A DNA stretch of 64,000 bases from an uncultured Bacteroidales bacterium (GCA_942493385.1 OW818699.1:658507-722506), one strand, 5' to 3'. Positions 9,818-18,352 are shown, numbered from the stretch's first letter. The notes: generated by a model not told the origin, from the sequence alone. Program-made: numbers and translations.

Positions 9818-10962
9818 TCGATAAAATATTGTTCGGGTTTCGGAAAACCTAGAAATTGCATGTAGGAGGAGGCAGAATAAGAGCCGGCATTACCATAGAC
9901 GAGGATGTCACCTATGTGCAATTCAGGCAATTCCACTTCTTTGGAGAAAATATCGCGTGAATATGTGGAACAGCCGTAAACGGTGGTCGGAATGCCGGAT
10001 GTGTGGCGCATTTGTTCGCCGTTTCTGATGACAACAACCGGATGCCTGGCTGTGTCCGGATACATTAATGGCCTCGGAAATTGCACTGTTGAGGCGTTTA
10101 CTCCAGCCAGTAATTGCTGAGGCCTTTTTTTGATGTCGGTGACGCAACAGACAAAATATCCAGATGTGCCACCAATAATTCGGCCGGGTTCCAACATCAA
10201 TCGGATGCTCCTGCCGGACTTTTCCGAAAATTCATTCATCAGTTTGGTCACCGCTTCATCGTACGCCGAGATGTCAAAATGATTGTCTCCGTTTTCTGCT
10301 ACTCCGAAACCTCCACCAAAGTTCAAGTATTCGAGGTCGGGGAAGTCTAATGCCAATGCGATCAACTCTTTGTAGCAGGCTTTGAAGTAGTCGATGTCCA
10401 CAATGTCGGTGCCAACGTACAAATGCAAGCCTTTTACGAACGACTTGTCCGATAAATTATCCAATTCGGTTTCAGTGAATCCAAGTCTGCTTTCCTTGCC
10501 AATAAATGAACCGGCATGGTTGGAATAGGGTTTTACGCGATCGCCGATGTTGCAGCGTATTCCGACCCGTTTTTTGGGATACAATCTTTTCCATTGTTCC
10601 AGTTGGCTTGGTGAATCCAGATTGACCTGCACGCCATAGGATTCAATCCGTTTCATAGTCTTCTCCGTTAGTGCAGAAGAAGTGAAAATGATGTCATGTC
10701 CGCTGAAGCCTGCCTTTGTAACCTCTTCCAGATGGATGAGCGAGTTTACGAAGACATTCAACTTTTCCTCTTTGACTACTGCCAGAAACTCTGGATGGAC
10801 ATTGGCCATGGAGGCAAAATGGATGGACTTGTTGGGATAGGTGATTTGCCTGAACATACGGCATTTGGTTCTGATTTGCTCTTTGTCATAGACGTAAAAT
10901 GAATCAAATTCCTGTTCAGTATGGCTGTTTATGAAAGTGAGAATTTTGGATTCCAGGATCAT
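9814..10962 (-). CDS. Orn/DAP/Arg decarboxylase-fold (fold type III PLP) protein with a non-canonical lysine site
   Basis: NFGGGFGV, LEPGRIIGG and VYGCSTYSRD motifs. The N-terminal signature reads FASMAN where family members have F/Y-A-x-K-A-N. Start at MILESK (10962); the ORF-track extension to 11268 overlaps the divergent symporter gene. Confidence 0.8.
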   Translation of the reverse strand: MILESKILTFINSHTEQEFDSFYVYDKEQIRTKCRMFRQITYPNKSIHFASMANVHPEFLAVVKEEKLNVFVNSLIHLEEVTKAGFSGHDIIFTSSALTEKTMKRIESYGVQVNLDSPSQLEQWKRLYPKKRVGIRCNIGDRVKPYSNHAGSFIGKESRLGFTETELDNLSDKSFVKGLHLYVGTDIVDIDYFKACYKELIALALDFPDLEYLNFGGGFGVAENGDNHFDISAYDEAVTKLMNEFSEKSGRSIRLMLEPGRIIGGTSGYFVCCVTDIKKRPQQLLAGVNASTVQFPRPLMYPDTARHPVVVIRNGEQMRHTSGIPTTVYGCSTYSRDIFSKEVELPELHIGDILVYGNAGSYSASSYMQFLGFPKPEQYFIE

Positions 10963-10977
10963 ATGTTTGTTTTTGTT

Positions 10978-10985
10978 CAAAAGTA
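10978..10985 (-). promoter_or_regulatory. candidate Bacteroidota -7 box (TACTTTTG) for the radical SAM operon
   Basis: TAnnTTTG match on the minus strand, 16 nt upstream of the ATG at 10962. Confidence 0.4.
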
Positions 10986-10990
10986 TGGTA

Positions 10991-11030
10991 CCAAATGTAG
11001 GTTTTTTTGAATGAATCAACCTACATTTGG
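10991..11030. promoter_or_regulatory. perfect 13-bp inverted repeat (CCAAATGTAGGTT N14 AACCTACATTTGG) in a divergent promoter region
   Basis: The arms at 10991-11003 and 11018-11030 are exact reverse complements. Each arm carries an outward-facing TACATTTG (TAnnTTTG) box. Confidence 0.55.
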
Positions 11031-11047
11031 GACAAACTTTTGTAACC

Positions 11048-12499
11048 ATGAATAATACAGTCGATCGTTTTTTTGAACCCCTTGTCGAACAATTGAGTAA
11101 GATTCTTTTTTGGGATCCATTTGCAGCGGTCGGTTTGGATTTGGGCGCTAAAGTGCCATTCATTGTCGTCTGGCTCATTGCTGGAGGGCTTTTTTTCACG
11201 CTGTATCTCAAGTTTATCAATGTAAGGGGGCTTAAACATGGCGCCAAATTGGCACTTGGTTTGGACAAAAGGTCTCATGGTGGTGGTGAAACTTCCCATT
11301 TCCAGGCTGTTTCGCAAGCGCTTTCCTCAACTGTAGGGATGGGCAACATTGCCGGCGTGGCAGTTGCCATTACAATGGGTGGACCTGGTGCCACCTTATG
11401 GATGATCGCAGCCGGCTTTTTGGGGATGTCCTCCAAATTTGCCGAATGCACCTTGGGTGTCAAGTACCGGGTGGTAGACAAAAAGGGTGGAATCTCGGGT
11501 GGCCCAATGTATTACCTCAGGGATGGTCTGAAGGAACTCGGGTGGCCGCGTTTGGGTAAGTTTTTGGCGTATGTGTTTGCCATCTTCATTACTTTTGCAG
11601 CCTTTGGCATTGGGAATATGTTTCAATCCAACCAGGTTCATTCTCAACTTTCCATTATGTTTCCGTCAATTGCACCACATGGTTTCTGGGTTGGCCTTGG
11701 GCTGGCCATTATGACTGGCTTGGTCATTCTGGGAGGTATCAAGAGCATTGCCAGAGTCTGTGACAAATTGTTTCCATCCATGGCCATTCTTTATATCTCT
11801 ATGTGTCTGTTGATTATCTTCTCAAATATCTCACAGATTGGCAATGCGTTTCAGGTGATTTGGGATGGAGCTTTCACGCCCGATGCTGCCAAGGGTGGCA
11901 TAGTCGGAGTACTGATCATGGGTTTCCGCCGTGCCGCTTTTTCGAACGAAGCTGGCATCGGTTCTGCCGCCATTGCCCATTCCACCGTCAAAACGAACAA
12001 GCCTGTCACGGAGGGCTATGTAGCTTTGTTGGAGCCGTTTATAGATACTGTTGTCATTTGCACCATGACAGCCCTAACCTTGATTTTTTCCGGCGTTTAT
12101 CTGAATCCCAATCATTTGGAGGGAGCCCAGCTCACATCCGCTGCCTTCTCGACTTTTGCTCCCTGGGCACCGTATGTGCTTTTGCTCTGCATGTTCCTTT
12201 TTGTCTATTCGACGTTGATCGGTTGGTCTTACTACGGAGTGAAAGGCTTTGACTTTCTGTTCGGTGGCATCACTGAACGCTTAACTGGCAAACGGATTTA
12301 TGCAGAAAAGTTCTATCAAGTTGTTTTTTTGATCTTCATTATTGTGGGGACCACCACCAGCCTGACCGCAATCATTGATTTCTCTGACATGCTGGTGCTC
12401 ACCATGGCAGTGCCTAACATCATTGGTCTTTACATGCTTGCACCTGTATTAAAAAGAGAGGTCAAATCGTATCAGGAATCTTTGAAGAAGGCTTCATAA
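11048..12499 (+). CDS. alanine/glycine:cation symporter (AGCS family)
   Basis: Multi-pass membrane protein with AGCS-like motifs (ALSSTVGMGNIAGVA, FSNEAGIGSAAIAHS). ATG 11048 is preferred; the TTG at 11027 lies inside the inverted repeat. Confidence 0.85.
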   Translation: MNNTVDRFFEPLVEQLSKILFWDPFAAVGLDLGAKVPFIVVWLIAGGLFFTLYLKFINVRGLKHGAKLALGLDKRSHGGGETSHFQAVSQALSSTVGMGNIAGVAVAITMGGPGATLWMIAAGFLGMSSKFAECTLGVKYRVVDKKGGISGGPMYYLRDGLKELGWPRLGKFLAYVFAIFITFAAFGIGNMFQSNQVHSQLSIMFPSIAPHGFWVGLGLAIMTGLVILGGIKSIARVCDKLFPSMAILYISMCLLIIFSNISQIGNAFQVIWDGAFTPDAAKGGIVGVLIMGFRRAAFSNEAGIGSAAIAHSTVKTNKPVTEGYVALLEPFIDTVVICTMTALTLIFSGVYLNPNHLEGAQLTSAAFSTFAPWAPYVLLLCMFLFVYSTLIGWSYYGVKGFDFLFGGITERLTGKRIYAEKFYQVVFLIFIIVGTTTSLTAIIDFSDMLVLTMAVPNIIGLYMLAPVLKREVKSYQESLKKAS

Positions 12500-12503
12500 T
12501 CTC

Positions 12504-12511
12504 TATTTTTG
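12504..12511 (+). promoter_or_regulatory. candidate -7 box (TATTTTTG) for bcp
   Basis: TAnnTTTG match 26 nt upstream of ATG 12537. Confidence 0.45.
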
Positions 12512-12536
12512 TCAAACGAATTTAATAAATAAAACT

Positions 12537-12995
12537 ATGTTACAAACTGGTATACAAGCCCCTGCCTTCAAGGGCGTCAATCAAAAAGGTGAAACCATAT
12601 CCCTTTCCGATTTCAAAGGAAAGAAAGTCATTCTTTATTTTTATCCCAAGGACAATACCCCCGGATGTACGGCAGAAGCCTGCAGCCTAAACGACAAAAG
12701 CGTCTATTTCCTTGAAAAAGGCATCGTCGTGATTGGTGTCAGTGCAGACTCCGTACAATCTCATGTAAAATTTGCCGAAAAGTACGGTCTTTCATTCAAT
12801 CTCCTTGCCGATACGGAAAAGGAAATCCTTCAGGCTTACGAAGTTTGGGGCGAAAAGAAAAACTACGGCAAGTCCTACATGGGCATTATTCGTACGACGT
12901 ATGTCATCTCGGAAGAAGGCATCATCGAGGCTGTTTTCCCAAAGGTGGATACCAAAACTCATGCCGAACAAATCATAAAAGCGTTGGGGCTATAA
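12537..12995 (+). CDS. bcp: thioredoxin-dependent peroxiredoxin Bcp
   Basis: FYPKDNTPGCTAEAC active-site motif, 152 aa. Confidence 0.9.
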   Translation: MLQTGIQAPAFKGVNQKGETISLSDFKGKKVILYFYPKDNTPGCTAEACSLNDKSVYFLEKGIVVIGVSADSVQSHVKFAEKYGLSFNLLADTEKEILQAYEVWGEKKNYGKSYMGIIRTTYVISEEGIIEAVFPKVDTKTHAEQIIKALGL

Positions 12996-13059
12996 TTAGA
13001 AAGCATGATTGTTTAAGGGTTCAATTAGATCCTCGATCTGCTTGAGGAGGCTTTTCGAT

Positions 13060-13428
13060 TCAAGGAGCCGGATTCATAGCTTGATAGGAGATGGTATTGT
13101 AATTTTTCTGATAGAAATCGGTTGGTATAATCTCAAAAGTGATGTCCAGTGTTGCGTTTTCTGTTAGCGTTGGTAGTGAATAGTGGTTTTTCACCAACTC
13201 TAGTGTTACGTCAGAGCCATTTAAAAGGATACTATTGACATTAATAATGTCAAGTATTTTGAAGTAAATACTGATTGTTCCGTCAATTTCGTTTACTTGT
13301 TTAAAGCTTCCATTCTCTGACTGAAATGTCAAATACACCCGTTTGGGAGAAACATCTTTTCCAGACACCACATTTGGCATGCAAACGAGCAGAAATGAGA
13401 ATAGAATCTGAAAGTAAGTAGTTCGCAT
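13060..13428 (-). CDS. small signal-peptide protein, unknown function
   Basis: Start at MRTTYFQILFSFLLVCMPNVVSG (13428). A TACCTTTG box lies at 13463-13470 on the minus strand, 35 nt upstream. Confidence 0.45.
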   Translation of the reverse strand: MRTTYFQILFSFLLVCMPNVVSGKDVSPKRVYLTFQSENGSFKQVNEIDGTISIYFKILDIINVNSILLNGSDVTLELVKNHYSLPTLTENATLDITFEIIPTDFYQKNYNTISYQAMNPAP

Positions 13429-13462
13429 TTTTTTTAAGTAAAAGAATATCATTGTAATAGAA

Positions 13463-13470
13463 CAAAGGTA
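13463..13470 (-). promoter_or_regulatory. candidate -7 box (TACCTTTG)
   Basis: TAnnTTTG match upstream of the 13428 start. Confidence 0.4.
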
Positions 13471-13537
13471 AGGCTGTCCCACTTCCATTTTGTTACATGT
13501 TTTTTCATATGAATTGCATGTTTCATACTTTTCAATC

Positions 13538-13545
13538 TATCTTTG
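13538..13545 (+). promoter_or_regulatory. candidate -7 box (TATCTTTG)
   Basis: TAnnTTTG match 27 nt upstream of the GTG at 13572. It lies inside the ORF-track extension that starts at 13497. Confidence 0.4.
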
Positions 13546-13571
13546 TGCTTCTTGCAACTGTCGAACCTATC

Positions 13572-15428
13572 GTGAAAAAAATATACACCCTTCTAATTGG
13601 ATTATCCCTGTGCATGGCTTTACAGGCCAGGCAATTGTATTTGTCGCCAACAGGTCAGGACTTCAACGACGGCCTATCGCCTGACCATGCCTGGCAAAGC
13701 CCAAATACTGCCTTTCAAACACTGGTGGCTGGCGACACGCTATGGGTGAGCGGAGGTACGTATACCCTAGGTGCCACGGTGAAATCAAAAAACGCAGGGA
13801 CATCCACTTCTAAAATCAAGGTACTAGCCATTCGGGGAGAAAGACCCGTTTTCGATTGCTCATCGTTTCGGAACTATGGAACAGAAAGTTCCACCTATCG
13901 GGGAATGGATCTGCGTCAAGCATGGTGGCTGGTGCGTGGAATCAAAATCTATAAAGCCGGCCACAACGGCATCATCATAGCTGGTGAAAACATAACGGTA
14001 GAAGGCTGTATTGTCGAAGAATGCGGGCACGACGGCATCTCCATCGGTGCGGGTTCAGTCAATGCCAGAATCGTAAATTGTGATTCCTACCGAAACGTAG
14101 AGGCTTTAAGCAATGGAGAAAACGGCGACGGATTTGCAGCCAAGGAGGGTACGGGCACTATCTTTAAAGGTTGCAGAGCTTGGGAAAACGGGGATGATGG
14201 TTGGGATGTATATGGCGGAAACCAACCTGTTTTGGTGGACAGTTGTTGGTCTTGGGGTAATGGCGTGAACTATTGGCCAGCCTACATAACCAGTTATCAA
14301 GGTGACGGAAACGGCTTCAAACTAGGTGGTGGCGGAGGTGTGGACGGCAATGCGCCCAACGTGGTTCTACACAGTTTTGCCTTCAACAATGTGGGCAAAG
14401 GATTCGACCAGAACCACAATGCCTGGGGCGTGACATGCATCAATTGCACCGGTTACAATAACAATGGCTTGGGTAACTTTGCATTCAATGAAGTGCCGGC
14501 TCAAGGCAAACATGTGATGAAAAATAACCTTTCCTATGGAGGAACCGGACAGAATATTGCTGTCGGTAGTACGGAAACCACCAATAGCTGGAACCTTGGG
14601 CTAACTTTCACTGATAACTTATTTGAAAGCTTGAGCACAGTCGATGCGAAGTTGCCCCGCGATGACGATTATCGGCTTACGGATGCAAAATTGCAGGCCC
14701 TTTTTCGCTTGAAGTACGGTAATCCGGCAATTGACAAAGGTACCGTTCAGACATACCTCCTTTTGAAACCGTATTTTGCCATTCCATATTCCGGAAGCAA
14801 ACCAGACCTTGGCGGTAAGGAATTCGACGCGGGTAATTGGACGTTCCCTTTGCCCGATGAAACCCAACCGATCGATACCTCTGGTACGGTTGGTGGCGGA
14901 ACACGACCTTCTGGCATACAACAGCTTGTAGTCGATGCAGCTACGCAGTTCACTGTCAACTCCGGGGGTGGCGTCTCCTCGATTTGGGGGCCGTTTTCGT
15001 TGGCATCCTCGCTTTCGGCGGTCTTTGACATGCAGGCGGTGGGTTCTTCCAGCGGTGCTGTTATCCTGCAATATTCCAAAGACATGGTCGTTTGGGAACA
15101 AGTCGGTGCACAAGCCAAAAACGGAAGCACGAGCTGGGTTACCAACAAAGCCATCGATTTGAGTGCCGAAACTGTTCCTTGGGGGCCTGCCGTTTATATC
15201 CGATTCATCAATAACTCCACCAACAACGTCAACCTTAAGAACTTGAAGATTTCAGCCACCGTTTATACGGCTGTTTCAGTGCAAAATCCCAAAATGGAGG
15301 AGGTTTTAAGCACACAGTATTACAATTTGCAGGGGCAGAAAGTGGATATGAACCATCGAGGTTTTTTGATTCGAAAAGTCCTCTACGGTAACCGTAGTAC
15401 ACAGCTATTCAAACAATTCAACAAATAA
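13572..15428 (+). CDS. right-handed beta-helix (pectate lyase-like) protein with T9SS C-terminal sorting domain
   Basis: GTG start gives VKKIYTLLIGLSLCMALQA, a signal peptide. Repeated NGDGF / GDDGWD / GDGNGFKLGG beta-helix motifs. The C-terminus YYNLQGQKV...GFLIRK resembles a T9SS CTD. Confidence 0.7.
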   Translation: MKKIYTLLIGLSLCMALQARQLYLSPTGQDFNDGLSPDHAWQSPNTAFQTLVAGDTLWVSGGTYTLGATVKSKNAGTSTSKIKVLAIRGERPVFDCSSFRNYGTESSTYRGMDLRQAWWLVRGIKIYKAGHNGIIIAGENITVEGCIVEECGHDGISIGAGSVNARIVNCDSYRNVEALSNGENGDGFAAKEGTGTIFKGCRAWENGDDGWDVYGGNQPVLVDSCWSWGNGVNYWPAYITSYQGDGNGFKLGGGGGVDGNAPNVVLHSFAFNNVGKGFDQNHNAWGVTCINCTGYNNNGLGNFAFNEVPAQGKHVMKNNLSYGGTGQNIAVGSTETTNSWNLGLTFTDNLFESLSTVDAKLPRDDDYRLTDAKLQALFRLKYGNPAIDKGTVQTYLLLKPYFAIPYSGSKPDLGGKEFDAGNWTFPLPDETQPIDTSGTVGGGTRPSGIQQLVVDAATQFTVNSGGGVSSIWGPFSLASSLSAVFDMQAVGSSSGAVILQYSKDMVVWEQVGAQAKNGSTSWVTNKAIDLSAETVPWGPAVYIRFINNSTNNVNLKNLKISATVYTAVSVQNPKMEEVLSTQYYNLQGQKVDMNHRGFLIRKVLYGNRSTQLFKQFNK

Positions 15429-15494
15429 TACGGTTTGCAGAGATTCTATTCCATATTTGAATGATTTGTCGCAGTGGTTTTCTTTGGCAAAGAA

Positions 15495-15502
15495 TACCTT
15501 TG
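15495..15502 (+). promoter_or_regulatory. candidate -7 box (TACCTTTG)
   Basis: TAnnTTTG match 20 nt upstream of ATG 15522. Confidence 0.45.
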
Positions 15503-15521
15503 TACTTCAAATAAATCATAC

Positions 15522-18290
15522 ATGAGAAAAAGCGCATTATTCATTTCCCTCTTGATGTTGGTGCTCGGTTATTCCATTATTCAAGCACAATCAACGAATT
15601 TGATTGTACCTCAACCTGCAACAGACCGAACCGTCACGTTCAGCGTGTCCGACACTGGCGTGTACAAACCCATCGTCTGGGGGTTGGATCTGGCTTGGCT
15701 CAGCGAATCGAACATCAGACGTGGCATCGCTTTCATGGGGGCCGATCGAATCGATGTGATACGTGCTTCGTTTCAACCTACGCTTCCGTTGGTAAACGGA
15801 GATATTTCTGGTTCCCAAATCACAGATCTCAATACACGACTGGGCATTATCGATTTGACTGGTGTCAAAACCAAAGTGGTGCTCAATTGCGATCACCCGA
15901 GTGTGGATGCCTCTTACGTCGGAAATGCAGTGAATTGGGCAGCACTCATCGATGCTACCGCCAAACGGATTCAGGCGCGTGGTCGTACGATTGTTTCAGT
16001 TTCTCCCTTTAACGAACCTGATTTCGGTTGGAGCCAATACACCGGATCGAACGGTCAACGAGATTTCTTAAATATTTGCACTGAGTTACGAAAAAATACC
16101 CGCTTCGACGGAATCCGTCTTTGTGGTGCCAATACGCTGAACAGCGACCAAGCATTGCCCTGGTACAACGCCATTAAAACGGTTCTGGACGAAGGAAACA
16201 CCCACCAACTTGCCGGTAGTTTTGACAATTTTGCAGCTTTTTATCAAGCCGTGCGCGCCAACGGAGACATTGCCACCGGCGATGAACTGCATAATGTGAT
16301 GGAAGCCATGGTCGGTGTCGAATACGGCATGCAGACTGGTATTTGGTGGGGCACGGCGGAATACGCTCGCGGTGAGTTCGTCAAAGCCAGCGACGGCAGG
16401 CGGCTTGCATATGCCGAGCATCGGCCAAACTGGACGGCAGCATCCGTTTATCGAACCCTCGAAGGAAAAATTCAAGCTTTCGGTGGTACTTCCGAACGTC
16501 AAGCCGCTACCACCACCTATAAATTTGTAAGTAAGGACAAAGACGTATTTTTTGATGGTGTCGGTCCGCAACGTGAATACATCATGACTTTACCTGGAGG
16601 AACAGCCTATCAGACGGGTCAGACCAATGCCGAACGTGTAGTGAACATTACTTGGGGAGACGATGTTCAACCCGTCATCAACGGTCGATACGTGTTGGTG
16701 AATCGCAACAGTGGGAAAGTAGTGGAAGTTTCAGGTGGAGCAACCACCACTGGAGCAGCCATTAGGCAAAATGCAAATACGGGCGCTACCTATCAACAAT
16801 GGAACGTAACTCCAGTGGATTCCCGTGTGGGTGGCGATTTCAGCTATTATACAATGACTGCCGTGAACAGCGGTTTGGCTATGGATCTGAATAACTGGTC
16901 GTTATCTAATGGCGGAGGCTTTATTACTTGGAGCGATACCAAGGGAGGCAACCAACAGTGGTATCTGGAATATGCCTCGGACGGTTGGTTTTATATCCGA
17001 AACCGTCACAGTGGAAAATGCCTGGATGTTTCTGGATCCAGCGTTGCCAATACCGCTCTGCTCAATCATTGGGATTTCTTGGGCAGAACAAGCCAACAAT
17101 GGCGACTAATACCGGTTGGTGCACCTGTCGAATTTGTTGTGCCCAGCGCACCTGGCAATCTGGTTGCCACACCGAGTAATTCATCCGTACGCCTTGATTG
17201 GGCGGCGAGTCCTGAGACGGATGTTGTCGGTTACACCATTTACCGCTCCGATTCTACTGGAAAAGCATACAATACCATTGCTCGAAATGTGACGACCACT
17301 TCATTTGTTGACAATACGACTTCGACCGGAAAGAATTATTACTATGTGGTAAGAGCAGTGGACAAATCCTTGAATCGTTCCGTATACTCAAACGAAGCGA
17401 ATGTGATCCTTAGTAACAATCCTGACCAAGTCGTTCGCCTCCAGTTCGACGGAAATACATTGGACAGCACACTCAGCCTAAATCACAGTGCATCTTACGG
17501 CGGTGTTACCTATGTTACTGGCAAAGTGGGGACAAATGCAATCATGTTGAATGGTTCAACCTCTTTCCTTCAACTTCCGGTCAATGTCGCCAACTTGAAT
17601 GAGATGACCATCGCCACCTGGGTTTACTGGAATGGCATCACCACAGGGCAACGCATTTTTGATTTCGGAAACGGCTCAAACGAATCGATGTATTTAAGCC
17701 CGAGAGTGGCATTAGGTGGCATGAGGTTTGGTATCAAGAACAACGGAACCGAGCAACAATTGAACACGACCGTGCTTCCTACTTACAAATGGCAACACGT
17801 GGCAGTGACATTGGGCACTTCCGGTGCAACGTTGTATGTAAATGGTGTTCAGGCTTCTACTTCCAGTTCGGTCACCATCCGCCCTTTAGATTTCAAACCC
17901 GTGATGAACTACATCGGACGCAGCCAAAGCACCTATCCTTTATTCTATGGCATGATGGACGATTTCAGGATTTATAATTACGCATTGTCTGCAACTGAAG
18001 TGGCCGATTTGGCCGGCACCCTTTCCAGCCTGACTTCAAACAACTCTAACAAAAACTTGTCCATTTTTCCTGTTCCTGCAAACGACAAAGTGCAGATAAG
18101 CTATTCGAATGGAAATAGTGCTGAATTGACCACCTTAAGCCTCTATAACATGAAGGGACAGCAGATCGTGCATAAGCAGTTGTTTCAGGAAACCGATTTG
18201 GATGTCTCCTGTTTGCCTTCCGACATCTACGTGCTTAAGTTGACCAATCGGACTGAAACACTGGTCAGGAAATTGACCGTCAAGCATTGA
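15522..18290 (+). CDS. multidomain secreted protein: clan GH-A-like hydrolase region + ricin-type beta-trefoil + FN3 + LamG-like + T9SS CTD
   Basis: Signal peptide MRKSALFISLLMLVLGYSIIQAQ. SPFNEPD motif. Three QxW motifs (QQWNV, QQWYL, QQWRL). FN3-like VRLDWAAS...YYYVVRAVD. LamG-like MDDFRIYNYALS. C-terminal LSIFPVPANDKVQISY...YVLKLTN. Confidence 0.75.
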   Translation: MRKSALFISLLMLVLGYSIIQAQSTNLIVPQPATDRTVTFSVSDTGVYKPIVWGLDLAWLSESNIRRGIAFMGADRIDVIRASFQPTLPLVNGDISGSQITDLNTRLGIIDLTGVKTKVVLNCDHPSVDASYVGNAVNWAALIDATAKRIQARGRTIVSVSPFNEPDFGWSQYTGSNGQRDFLNICTELRKNTRFDGIRLCGANTLNSDQALPWYNAIKTVLDEGNTHQLAGSFDNFAAFYQAVRANGDIATGDELHNVMEAMVGVEYGMQTGIWWGTAEYARGEFVKASDGRRLAYAEHRPNWTAASVYRTLEGKIQAFGGTSERQAATTTYKFVSKDKDVFFDGVGPQREYIMTLPGGTAYQTGQTNAERVVNITWGDDVQPVINGRYVLVNRNSGKVVEVSGGATTTGAAIRQNANTGATYQQWNVTPVDSRVGGDFSYYTMTAVNSGLAMDLNNWSLSNGGGFITWSDTKGGNQQWYLEYASDGWFYIRNRHSGKCLDVSGSSVANTALLNHWDFLGRTSQQWRLIPVGAPVEFVVPSAPGNLVATPSNSSVRLDWAASPETDVVGYTIYRSDSTGKAYNTIARNVTTTSFVDNTTSTGKNYYYVVRAVDKSLNRSVYSNEANVILSNNPDQVVRLQFDGNTLDSTLSLNHSASYGGVTYVTGKVGTNAIMLNGSTSFLQLPVNVANLNEMTIATWVYWNGITTGQRIFDFGNGSNESMYLSPRVALGGMRFGIKNNGTEQQLNTTVLPTYKWQHVAVTLGTSGATLYVNGVQASTSSSVTIRPLDFKPVMNYIGRSQSTYPLFYGMMDDFRIYNYALSATEVADLAGTLSSLTSNNSNKNLSIFPVPANDKVQISYSNGNSAELTTLSLYNMKGQQIVHKQLFQETDLDVSCLPSDIYVLKLTNRTETLVRKLTVKH

Positions 18291-18300
18291 CTAAAATAAA

Positions 18301-18333
18301 AAACCCTAACCGACTCTTCATCAATTAGGGTTT
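18301..18333 (-). terminator. intrinsic terminator hairpin between convergent genes
   Basis: AAACCCTAA / TTAGGGTTT 9-bp stem, followed on the minus strand by a U-rich tract (TTTATTTTAG). Confidence 0.5.
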
Positions 18334-18352
18334 CAACTCCTATTAAACCTGC

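Noticed and set aside
10963-11268. 5' extensions proposed by the ORF track: 9814..11268, 36598..38751, 32808..33563, 62447..63085, 27969..28496, 5043..6425 and 18353..18724.
   Set aside because: The extensions overlap neighbouring genes, promoters or -7 boxes and lack family similarity. Internal Met codons give canonical N-termini (signal peptides, the HIGH motif, the DxDGT motif).
18297-18335. Two similar hairpins containing telomere-like CCCTAA/TTAGGG arms (18301-18333 and 31127-31160, AAAACCCTAA..CAATTAGGGTTT), possibly a dispersed repeat family.
   Set aside because: There are only two copies in 64 kb. Both sit exactly where an intrinsic terminator is expected (end of the ECF operon; 3' of tRNA-Leu) and have a U-tract on the relevant strand, so they are adequately explained as terminators.
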